Source: Bacilli bacterium (lineage in GTDB: Bacteria > Bacillota_I > Bacilli_A > ML615J-28 > CAG-698). From it: 64,000 nt of DNA. Both the position numbers and the translations under genes were made by a program. Positions 40,835 through 49,512 of this stretch are shown one piece after another. The notes beneath the pieces are model-generated. The model had not been told where the DNA came from and made no database searches. It saw only the letters and a program-made list of their open reading frames with translations. The stretch covers positions 64,001-128,000 of the forward strand of contig JBMNLZ010000002.1 of NCBI GenBank assembly GCA_050953065.1, read 5' to 3'. Each line of letters opens with the position of its first letter. Position 1 is the stretch's first letter.

Positions 40835-41168
40835 CAGTGCTCCTTTTAATAATTTTATTTAAAAGAGATTTTAATTCGTTTGATTTTTCTTCAAAAGATA
40901 AATCAATTATTGAAGTTTTAGCAATAATTAAAAATGAATATCCTTTTAAGAAGTCAATCTCTTGTCTTAAGATTTCTTTTAAAACGCGTTTATAATAGTT
41001 TCTTTTAACTGCGTTTCCAAACTTTTTTGAAATAGAAATCGCAAACAAAGGTTTATCTAAGTCGTGCTTTAAATAGTAAACAACGTAATACTTATTCCCG
41101 ATGGTTTGTTTTTTGTCGAGTAAAGCTTTTATTTGATGATTTTTTTTAAGCGTATATATTTTATTCAT
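40821..41168 (-). CDS. rnpA: ribonuclease P protein component
   Basis: AISISKKFGNAVKRNYYKR; lies between rpmH and yidC. Confidence 0.93.
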   Translation of the reverse strand: MNKIYTLKKNHQIKALLDKKQTIGNKYYVVYYLKHDLDKPLFAISISKKFGNAVKRNYYKRVLKEILRQEIDFLKGYSFLIIAKTSIIDLSFEEKSNELKSLLNKIIKRSTDEKL

Positions 41169-41219
41169 ACAAAAAAAAGACCTCTCTTATTATATTTGAC
41201 ATAACGAGTGGTCCATTTT

Positions 41220-41354
41220 TTAAGCTGATAATCTAGTTCTACCTTTTCTTCTTCTGCGAGATAAAACGGCTCTTCCACCAACAGTCTTCATGCGAGCACG
41301 AAAACCATGAGTCTTACTATGTTTACGTCTATTTGGTTGAAATGTTCTTTTCAT
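41220..41354 (-). CDS. rpmH: 50S ribosomal protein L34
   Basis: Not in ORF track. Manual translation [44 protein letters not shown]; AGGAGGT RBS; promoter TTGACT(41410-15)-N17-TATAAT(41387-92). Confidence 0.98.
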   Translation of the reverse strand: MKRTFQPNRRKHSKTHGFRARMKTVGGRAVLSRRRRKGRTRLSA

Positions 41355-41486
41355 GATAATACCTCCTAATTAAACTACGCTATTGTATTATATAAAAATA
41401 GACGATTTAAGTCAAGCAAAAAATGAAAAAAGATAAAAGTGATAATAAAAGATGCATTTTTAAATGCATCTTTTATTATATAGAAA

Positions 41487-42107
41487 CTAAATTAAACTTT
41501 TTGTTAGTTTTAAGAAAGGTTCAATGTCTTTATTAACTTTGAATTCTTCCATATAGTCAAAATATTCTTTATGATTATCACTTTTAAAAATTATTGGTGA
41601 TAATTCATTCTTTAATAATATATAATTTAAAACTAATCTTGCAAGGCGTCCGTTACCATCTAAGAATGGATGGATTTTATATAATTGTAGGTGAGCATAA
41701 ACTGCAAGGTATAGTGGATCTTCTGTTGGTTCGTTTATTGTTTCGAATAGTTTCTTCATTCGATCATAAACTTTTAAATAAGTTGGAGGGATATGACGAG
41801 AATGATTAACTCTGATATCAACATTCCTGTATAATCCGCCCTCAGTAATAGATTCAAATAAAATTTGATGTGTGTCTTTTAATAAATCTTCGGTTAAGTC
41901 TTTTCCTTCATTGACTAAGTTAATAATAAATTCCAATGCTTTTTTATGGTTACTAATGATTAGAGCTTTTTCTTTGTTGACTTTATCTAACTCGTTGTTA
42001 TAAACTGCTTCAACATCTTCTCTTGTAATGTTTTTTGTTCTATCAAATGCAAGAGAGTTAAAAGAAAAATCAACTAAGAAATCTTGGGGCAAAGCAACTT
42101 TTGGCAT
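41487..42107 (-). CDS. Fic domain protein
   Basis: Canonical HPFLDGNGRLAR motif. Confidence 0.92.
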   Translation of the reverse strand: MPKVALPQDFLVDFSFNSLAFDRTKNITREDVEAVYNNELDKVNKEKALIISNHKKALEFIINLVNEGKDLTEDLLKDTHQILFESITEGGLYRNVDIRVNHSRHIPPTYLKVYDRMKKLFETINEPTEDPLYLAVYAHLQLYKIHPFLDGNGRLARLVLNYILLKNELSPIIFKSDNHKEYFDYMEEFKVNKDIEPFLKLTKSLI

Positions 42108-42222
42108 AAAAACCTCCTTTTTAAAATCCTTACTTGATTATATCACACCTTAAATTAATAATAAAGGTTTAATCTTGAAAAAAAGAAGAAAAAAAATTAT
42201 AATAGGAGAAAAGAGGAAAAAA

Positions 42223-42993
42223 ATGAAAACAAAGATAGCCATTATAAAAACTTTCATATTGATAATTGTTACCTGTCTGGTAATGGCTTTTGTATGTTTG
42301 ATAAATTCTTGTGTTGAGTTTTATTTTGTAGAAAGAAAAATAGAAGAATTTGTTGATAGAGGAGAGTTTTATATAGAAATAGGTAGTACTAAATATTATA
42401 AAGTTTCTAAAGCTTATGAATATGAAGATACTTCAAGATTTGTTTTTAATCCTTTAAGTCCAAAAAGATATGTTGGAAGTACAGCTGATTTTTTATCTAC
42501 AACAAGAAATCCTTTAAGAGCCTATCCTATAATAGGACTGATTTCAAGACTTGCTTGGGCAGGACATAGTGCTTTAGTGACTGAAGAGGATGGTTCTAAA
42601 ATCTGTGAGGTTGTTGGGAATGAAGATGATCCAAAAGATAATTATGTAAGAATAGTAGAGAATGAATGGATTTCAGCAGATACTGGTTCTCCTCATATTA
42701 TCGGATTAAGAGTAAAAGGTTTAACAAATGAAGCTAGAGAGACTATTGTTGATTATGCTAACACTCAAGCTTTAGAAAAAGATAAGTATAACTTTTTATT
42801 TCCTTTAACTAGAAGTAATAAATATTATTGTACAGATTTGGTGAGTCGTAGTTATAATGAGGTTGATATTAATCTTAATAACGATGGTTTTATGACTAGT
42901 GGAAACGATATGATATTAAGCAAAGAAACATATATAATCTTTTTTAGAAAAAGAGTTGGGAATAAATTTTTAGTTTATTATTTAACAGAATGA
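42223..42993 (+). CDS. YiiX/YebB-like permuted NlpC/P60 cysteine hydrolase, membrane anchored
   Basis: Start MKTKIA; N-terminal TM; GHSALV...YNFLF...KYYCTDLVSRSY; ends in TGA. Confidence 0.8.
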   Translation: MKTKIAIIKTFILIIVTCLVMAFVCLINSCVEFYFVERKIEEFVDRGEFYIEIGSTKYYKVSKAYEYEDTSRFVFNPLSPKRYVGSTADFLSTTRNPLRAYPIIGLISRLAWAGHSALVTEEDGSKICEVVGNEDDPKDNYVRIVENEWISADTGSPHIIGLRVKGLTNEARETIVDYANTQALEKDKYNFLFPLTRSNKYYCTDLVSRSYNEVDINLNNDGFMTSGNDMILSKETYIIFFRKRVGNKFLVYYLTE

Positions 42994-43003
42994 GGAAAGT
43001 AAT

Positions 43004-44350
43004 ATGAATGATACAATAGTAGCAATAGGTACTGCCATAAGTAATAATGCTATTTCAATTATTAGAGTAAGTGGAAGTGATGCCATTAGTAAGGTGAGTG
43101 AAATTTTTAAAGGTCCCGATTTAAAAACAAGAGAAGCTAATTCTATTACATATGGTTTTATTGTTGATAAAGACGTTATAGTAGATGAGGTTTTAGTTAG
43201 TGTTTTTAAAAAACCAAAATCTTTTACAAAAGAAGATATTGTAGAGATTAACTGTCACGGTGGTGTTTTTGTTACAAACAAGATTCTAGAAATCTTGTTA
43301 AGTAAAAACATTAGACTAGCAGAACCTGGTGAATTTACTAAAAGAGCTTTTTTAAATGGTAGAATCGATTTAACTCAAGCAGAAGCTGTAATGGATGTAA
43401 TTGAAGCAGAAACTGATAATAGTTTAACTATGGCAACAAGCGCTCTAAGAGGAGATGTTAGAAAAAAAATAAATGCTTTTAAAGAAAGCCTTGCTCAAAC
43501 AATCGCAACAATTGAAGTTAATATCGATTATCCTGAATATGAAACCGAATTAGAGATTATTGAAAAAAGTATTAATCCAACAGTCTTAAAATTAAAAGAA
43601 GAAATAAAAGATATTTTAGAAAAAGCTAAAACATCTAAAATTTTAAAACAAGGAATCCCCACAGCTATTATAGGGAAACCAAATGTTGGTAAATCAAGTC
43701 TACTTAATGCGTTATTAAGAGAAGAAAAAGCAATTGTGACTGAAATTCCTGGTACTACAAGAGATACAGTAGAAGGTAAAATTAATCTTGGTGGGATAAT
43801 TTTAAATATAATTGATACAGCAGGAATTAGACAAACAAAAGATATCGTAGAACAACTTGGTGTTAAAAAAACAGAAGAGGTATTAAAAAAAGCAGAATTA
43901 ATAATTTTAATGTTTGATTATTCAATCCCTTTAGATAAAACAGATTTTGAATTATTAGAAAAAACAAAAGATAAAACTAGATTAATTGTTATTAATAAGG
44001 AAGACTTAGATAAACAAATAGATTTATCTAAAATAAAAGATTATATCTTACTTTCTGCTAAAAAAGAAGAAGATATAGAAAAGTTAGAATTAAAAATAAA
44101 AGAAATTCTTCAAATTAAAAACATTAAACCTGATAATAGTTATATTGCTAATGCTAGAGTAATAGCTAAACTAAAAGAAACGCTTGCTTGCTTAGAAAGT
44201 GCAAGTAAAGGAATAAATGATTCTTTACCAATAGATATTATCAATATTGATTTAACAAATGCTTTAAATATTCTAGGCGAAATCACCGGTGATGTTGTTA
44301 GAGAAGATGTTTTAGAACAAATGTTTTCAAGATTTTGTTTAGGAAAATAA
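43004..44350 (+). CDS. mnmE: tRNA modification GTPase MnmE/TrmE
   Basis: DTIVAI.T, EINCHGG, GKPNVGKSSL, IPGTTRD, DTAGIR, FCLGK. Confidence 0.97.
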   Translation: MNDTIVAIGTAISNNAISIIRVSGSDAISKVSEIFKGPDLKTREANSITYGFIVDKDVIVDEVLVSVFKKPKSFTKEDIVEINCHGGVFVTNKILEILLSKNIRLAEPGEFTKRAFLNGRIDLTQAEAVMDVIEAETDNSLTMATSALRGDVRKKINAFKESLAQTIATIEVNIDYPEYETELEIIEKSINPTVLKLKEEIKDILEKAKTSKILKQGIPTAIIGKPNVGKSSLLNALLREEKAIVTEIPGTTRDTVEGKINLGGIILNIIDTAGIRQTKDIVEQLGVKKTEEVLKKAELIILMFDYSIPLDKTDFELLEKTKDKTRLIVINKEDLDKQIDLSKIKDYILLSAKKEEDIEKLELKIKEILQIKNIKPDNSYIANARVIAKLKETLACLESASKGINDSLPIDIINIDLTNALNILGEITGDVVREDVLEQMFSRFCLGK

Positions 44351-44434
44351 GTTTTTTTTAAAATAACTAGTCTTTTTAGAAAAAAGATAGTATAATAGAG
44401 TTTGGAAGTGATTATTCTAAGAAAGGAGGATATC

Positions 44435-44650
44435 ATGGCAAAAAAAGGAAGCGGATATTTTGGTTTAGGTTGGATTGTTAGTTTAATTTTAGCTATTATC
44501 CCAATTACTAATCTTATTTGTGGAATTATTACACGTGTTCAAAAGGGTAAATTGTTGTTAGCGATTTTAAACTTTTTCCTAATTTTCATTTTCTTCTGGG
44601 TTGACTTAATCAGTATAATCGTTAACAAAGGAATTAAATGGTTAGTGTAG
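44435..44650 (+). CDS. small membrane protein
   Basis: Start MAKKGSGYFG behind AGGAGG RBS; hydrophobic 71 aa; terminator hairpin at 44662-44696. Confidence 0.75.
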   Translation: MAKKGSGYFGLGWIVSLILAIIPITNLICGIITRVQKGKLLLAILNFFLIFIFFWVDLISIIVNKGIKWLV

Positions 44651-44697
44651 TTGTTTAAAATAAAAACTTGTTTTGATTTCAAAACAAGTTTTTTTAT

Positions 44698-45576
44698 TTA
44701 TTTTAAAAATTTTACTTTTAAGAATAATAATGGATAAAGCCCGATTGTAATAAAGGTTAATAAGAAGTATCTAATAAAAGAAGTTATAATGGTATCTATT
44801 TTAATAAAAGCAAACTTTAAAGAAACATATACTATGATAGCAGTTAGCAAACCACCTATAAATCTTAAAAGTCTAGTTCTTATTTTAACATCATTTGAGA
44901 AATCAACAAATTTCTTTTCTATATATAAAGCAAGAATGAAACCAAGAAGTAAAGCATAACCTTTATAAAAATCTTTACCAATTTTAATAAACAAATTAAA
45001 ATCTTCATAAAAGAATAGAAGTGGTGTAAAGATAAAAAGAATTAATAAATGGATTTGGAATTTATAATCTTTAAATTTGGTGTAAATGTAATTTATAAAT
45101 ATTGCGACTATAACTCCGAGTGCAATTCCTGCTATTACATCGGTTGGGAAATGAACTCCAAGATAAATTCTAGATAAACCAATTAAAAGAATTACGATGC
45201 TTATTAAATATAAATTAACTTTTTTTGGATAATATAAATAAATGCTACTATAAAAGGTTGCTCCAATTTGAGAGTGACCACTTGGAAAACTTGATCCAGT
45301 TGAAGAGGATGGTCTTTTATTTATAATATCGGAATCAATTTCAAATGGCCTTTTAGCAAGAAAGATACCTTTTAAAGCATTATTTAATAAAGTCGTAGAA
45401 AAAAGGATAATGGCGATAAATTCGCCTTTTTCTTTATCTAAGACAAAGTATATAAAAGCAAGAATAGCAATTAAAATAAACTGTTCTCCTAGAAAAGAAA
45501 AAGCATTAAATAAAAAATCTAAAAAATCATTAGCAATACTTTGTAAGGATTTTATAAATTCAATTTGTTTTTCCAT
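44698..45576 (-). CDS. PAP2 family phosphatase
   Basis: K.....RP, SFPSGHS, SRIYLGVHFPTDV. Confidence 0.92.
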   Translation of the reverse strand: MEKQIEFIKSLQSIANDFLDFLFNAFSFLGEQFILIAILAFIYFVLDKEKGEFIAIILFSTTLLNNALKGIFLAKRPFEIDSDIINKRPSSSTGSSFPSGHSQIGATFYSSIYLYYPKKVNLYLISIVILLIGLSRIYLGVHFPTDVIAGIALGVIVAIFINYIYTKFKDYKFQIHLLILFIFTPLLFFYEDFNLFIKIGKDFYKGYALLLGFILALYIEKKFVDFSNDVKIRTRLLRFIGGLLTAIIVYVSLKFAFIKIDTIITSFIRYFLLTFITIGLYPLLFLKVKFLK

Positions 45577-45672
45577 ATTAATACCTCGTGTAAAGATATT
45601 TTAGTTGTTATTGCTAAGATAGTCAAGATAAAAAATATCTTTAAATTAAATTTAAAGATATTTTTTTTAAAA

Positions 45673-46590
45673 TTATTTCTTTGTTTCTTTTTTTGTTTCT
45701 GGTTTAGCTTTTATATCAGTTTTAACAATTTCTGATAAAGATGTAGCAAGACCTGCTAGACCTTGAATTTCAGAAGGAATAATTATTTTTGTTGCTTGAC
45801 CATTCGCCAAATCTTTTAATGCTTCAAGTGCTTTTAATGTTAAAACTGTTTGATCAGCTCCTGCTTTTCTAATAAGTTCAATTCCTTTAGCTGTTGCTTC
45901 TTGGACTTTTAGGATTGCTAAAGCTTCACCTTCGGCTCTTAATACTTCTGCATCTTTAAAACCTTCAGCTTTTAAGATTTTTGCTGCTTTTTCACCTTCA
46001 GCTAGTAAAACAACTTCTCTTCTTTCACGTTCAGCACGCATTTGTTTTTCCATTGCGTTTCTAATATCTAGTGGAGGAAGAATGTTTTTAAGCTCAACAC
46101 GACTAACTTTAATTCCCCATTTATCTGTTGCTTCATCTAGAATAATTCTCATTTTAGAGTTGATGTGATCTCTACTTGTTAGAGTTGAGTCTAAATCAAT
46201 ATCTCCAATTATATTACGAAGAGTTGTTGCTGTTAGTTTTTCTAAAGCAGCGATTGGATCATCTACTCCGTAAGTATAAGCTTTTGGATCTGTTACTTGG
46301 AAAAAGATTACTGTATCAATTTGCATTGTTACGTTATCTTTTGTAATAACTGGTTGAGGTTCAAAATCAATTACTTGTTCTTTTAAAGAAACTTTTTCTG
46401 AAATTCTATAAATAAACGGAACTAAGAAATGTAATCCAGTAGACCATGTCATATGGTAAGAACCAAGCCTTTCAATTACAAAAGCATTTGCTTGGGGCAC
46501 AATACGAATGCTTGAAGCTGCTAAAATAATCAAAAGCAATAAAATCGCTAAAATAACAATAATTACAACACTACTTGTAGCTAAAATCAT
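45673..46590 (-). CDS. SPFH/band 7 (stomatin-like) protein
   Basis: VIERLG.Y, QPVITKDNV, WGIKV.RVE, QMRAERERR. Confidence 0.93.
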   Translation of the reverse strand: MILATSSVVIIVILAILLLLIILAASSIRIVPQANAFVIERLGSYHMTWSTGLHFLVPFIYRISEKVSLKEQVIDFEPQPVITKDNVTMQIDTVIFFQVTDPKAYTYGVDDPIAALEKLTATTLRNIIGDIDLDSTLTSRDHINSKMRIILDEATDKWGIKVSRVELKNILPPLDIRNAMEKQMRAERERREVVLLAEGEKAAKILKAEGFKDAEVLRAEGEALAILKVQEATAKGIELIRKAGADQTVLTLKALEALKDLANGQATKIIIPSEIQGLAGLATSLSEIVKTDIKAKPETKKETKK

Positions 46591-46617
46591 AAATTTAAAT
46601 CTCCTTTTCTTTATATA

Positions 46618-47082
46618 TTATAATTTCTTTGTTTCTTCTTCAATTGGACCAACAATTAATTTTATTCCACTAATTGCTTTTATACTAACGTTTTTTCCTT
46701 CTAAAATAGTTTTACCATCTTGGTTTATAGCGTGCCATAATTCGCCATCAACTTTAACTTGGCCAACATCACCTGGTGTAATATTTTTTGTTACCACGCC
46801 AACCATTCCAACAACTCTATCGGCGTTTGTTTTAACAATGCTTTTACCTGATCTTATATTTTTTGTTAGCGGTTTTAAAGCGATGATTAGTACAAGCGAT
46901 ATACCAACAAAAACGCCAATTTGAACTAACGGCTCAATTTTTAATGCAGCGAGGATAATTGCAACAATCGCACCAACTGTAAACCATAAACTAACCAAAT
47001 CAAAAGTATTGATTTCAACGATTATAGTTATCACTATAATCAAAGCCCAGAAAACAATCATTGTAATTTCAAGCCAAGTCAT
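46618..47082 (-). CDS. NfeD-like (YbbJ) membrane protein
   Basis: TM segments plus OB-fold GQVKVDGELWHA; adjacent to the SPFH gene. Confidence 0.9.
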   Translation of the reverse strand: MTWLEITMIVFWALIIVITIIVEINTFDLVSLWFTVGAIVAIILAALKIEPLVQIGVFVGISLVLIIALKPLTKNIRSGKSIVKTNADRVVGMVGVVTKNITPGDVGQVKVDGELWHAINQDGKTILEGKNVSIKAISGIKLIVGPIEEETKKL

Positions 47083-47459
47083 TCTTCTACCTCCTTTTTA
47101 AGATTTATTTTTAAAGTTTTTTGAGTGGCATCCCAGGTGCATTCATATTTATAAAAAATCTTTTTTTCAAAATCAAGAGGAAAAAAATTCATTAAATTGC
47201 GAATTAGTTGTTTACTGTGAATTCTTCCATAACTTGGTTTGATTGTAACGCTATGTAAATCTTCTGTTTTATATAAACCTAGGGCGATATCTTCTTTAGA
47301 AATTGTTTTAAACAATAAAGCTTTTTCTTGTTCATCAAAGCCTACTAATATTTTATAAGCATCATTTAGAAAACGACTCGCTGCAGTATTAAAGGTTATG
47401 TTGTTATCATAAATAGTCGCTAATGCTTGCAAACCCTTTGTAAACCATTGTACACTCAT
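47079..47459 (-). CDS. hypothetical protein
   Basis: 126 aa, AAGGAG RBS, 4-bp overlap with nfeD. Confidence 0.7.
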   Translation of the reverse strand: MSVQWFTKGLQALATIYDNNITFNTAASRFLNDAYKILVGFDEQEKALLFKTISKEDIALGLYKTEDLHSVTIKPSYGRIHSKQLIRNLMNFFPLDFEKKIFYKYECTWDATQKTLKINLKKEVEE

Positions 47460-47695
47460 AAATTTAAATCTCCTTTCACCTATATTATATAATATAATTT
47501 TTAAAAATCAACTAAATATTTTTAAAAATTTTAAAATATTTTTTAAAATTTTTAAAATGTTAAATTCTATAATAATTAAAATCAAAAAAAAGTTTGAAGT
47601 ATTTAAACTGATGTGTTATAATTTCATATGGATTAGTGAAAAACAATAAACTTGAAAGGAGAAATCATTTATAATTTTAAATGATGACTTAAAAA

Positions 47696-48583
47696 ATGGG
47701 TAAGTACATACGTTTAACAATAGCTATTATTCTTCCTTTAATAGTAGCTGCAATTGTTTGGGGATATGGTTTTGAAAGATATAGAACTGGAGAGTTTGCT
47801 GATGATTTTGCAAACATATATATAACAAAAGGAAAAACCACAGCAGAACAACTTGATAATTATACAAAATATACAAGTTATAAATATAAAGAAGAGAAGT
47901 TTACATCTGAGGTTGTTTCAAGTTTAGGTAAAATCTTTGATGTAGATATTTGGGGAACTTTAGAAGAAGGTAAGTCTGAGATTAGTTATATTTTCTATTT
48001 ATATAATATAAACTATAAAAGATTAAATGAATTAAGAGGTTTAGGAGATGCAACTGTTGATGAAAAAACCTTTGCTAGAATTAGAATGATGGTAATTCCA
48101 GAAGAAGGTGATGAAGTTGTTCCTGAAGCTTTTTCAACTACTGTTTTAGATTATGAGGCTAATCCTGATAAAGGGGAAGATAAGGCACCTTTTACTGTTA
48201 AAAAAATGGTTTTTAAAATTAACAATTTTTCACCAAATTCATATTTAAAATTCTACTATGATGATCCAGGTGATGTCTTAGATTATAGACCAGATGATAA
48301 AACTTTTAAACCGGGAATTGATTATACTCCATATGGTGAGGTTCAAATGGGGGATTACTTTACTGATACAAAATCAACTCTTGAAGTAGTAGAAGGTATT
48401 AATAATGATATAATGAAAGCGGGCTATTCTAAATGGGTGGCTGGTAAATATCTTTGGTGGCAATCTTTAATTGGTTTAGTAGTAGTTGCTTCTATTACAA
48501 TATCTTTCCATATTGTATGGGAATATGATAATAAAAAAGAAGCAGAAAGAAAACAAAAAATAGGAATAAAAGGTAAAAAATAA
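47696..48583 (+). CDS. hypothetical membrane-anchored protein
   Basis: N- and C-terminal TM segments; genome-typical codon usage. Confidence 0.75.
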   Translation: MGKYIRLTIAIILPLIVAAIVWGYGFERYRTGEFADDFANIYITKGKTTAEQLDNYTKYTSYKYKEEKFTSEVVSSLGKIFDVDIWGTLEEGKSEISYIFYLYNINYKRLNELRGLGDATVDEKTFARIRMMVIPEEGDEVVPEAFSTTVLDYEANPDKGEDKAPFTVKKMVFKINNFSPNSYLKFYYDDPGDVLDYRPDDKTFKPGIDYTPYGEVQMGDYFTDTKSTLEVVEGINNDIMKAGYSKWVAGKYLWWQSLIGLVVVASITISFHIVWEYDNKKEAERKQKIGIKGKK

Positions 48584-48619
48584 AGTGTCTTTTATAGACA
48601 CTTTTTTAAAGAGGAAAAT

Positions 48620-49438
48620 ATGGAAATAAAAGAAATAGAGCGTGCTTTGGTTAAAAGATATCGCGCTAAAATCTTTAAACCCTTCATCCAAGCAATTAAT
48701 ACATATAATTTAATAGAGGAAAATGATGTTATAGGGGTTTGTATATCAGGTGGAAAAGATAGCCTTACAATGGCTAAACTTTTTCAAGAAATAAAAAGAC
48801 ATAACCAAAAGAGTTTTGAAGTTAAGTTTTTGGTGATGGATCCTGGATATAATGAAAAGAATCTAAAAAGTTTAATTGAAAACTGTGAGAAGTTAGAGAT
48901 TCCAATAATAATAAAGGTTTCTAATATTTTTGAAGTAGCAAGTAAACTTGATCCTGAAAAACCTTGTTATATGTGTGCTAGAATGAGACGAGGTTTTCTA
49001 TATGAATTTGCTCAAGAACAAGGATGTAATAAAATTGCTTTAGGCCACCACAAAAATGATGTGATAGAAACTATTTTAATGAATATTTTTTATAATGGGA
49101 CTTTTAAAACAATGATGCCCAAATTAAAAGCTGCTAATTTTGAAAACATGGAATTAATTAGACCGATGACTTTTATTGAAGAAAAGAATATTGCTAATTA
49201 TATGAAGTATTGTCAAATAGAGGCTTTAAGTTGTGCTTGCAAAGTTGCAAGCAAAGATTTAGATTCTTATCGTAAAAAAGTCAAAGAATTAATTGCTTCT
49301 TTAAAAAAAGAATTTAAAGATATAGAAAAATGTATTTATAATAGTGCAAACAATATTAATTTAGATTGTGCGATTGGGTGGAAGCATCAAGGAAAAGAAT
49401 ATTCTTTTCAAGATTTTTATGATGAAAACAACAAATAG
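48620..49438 (+). CDS. ttcA: tRNA 2-thiocytidine biosynthesis TtcA family protein
   Basis: PP-loop SGGKDS, CYMCARMRRG, IALGHH..D..ET, LIRP. Confidence 0.88.
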   Translation: MEIKEIERALVKRYRAKIFKPFIQAINTYNLIEENDVIGVCISGGKDSLTMAKLFQEIKRHNQKSFEVKFLVMDPGYNEKNLKSLIENCEKLEIPIIIKVSNIFEVASKLDPEKPCYMCARMRRGFLYEFAQEQGCNKIALGHHKNDVIETILMNIFYNGTFKTMMPKLKAANFENMELIRPMTFIEEKNIANYMKYCQIEALSCACKVASKDLDSYRKKVKELIASLKKEFKDIEKCIYNSANNINLDCAIGWKHQGKEYSFQDFYDENNK

Positions 49439-49512
49439 ATTTTTTCGTTGCTTTTTAATTAAATAATGTTATAATACTATAGGTGAATATAAAAAAAGGA
49501 GGAATAAAAAAT

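Noticed and set aside
47510-47570. AAAATATTTTTAAAA-type palindromic repeats
   Set aside because: Pure A/T low complexity in a divergent promoter region; cannot be distinguished from background.
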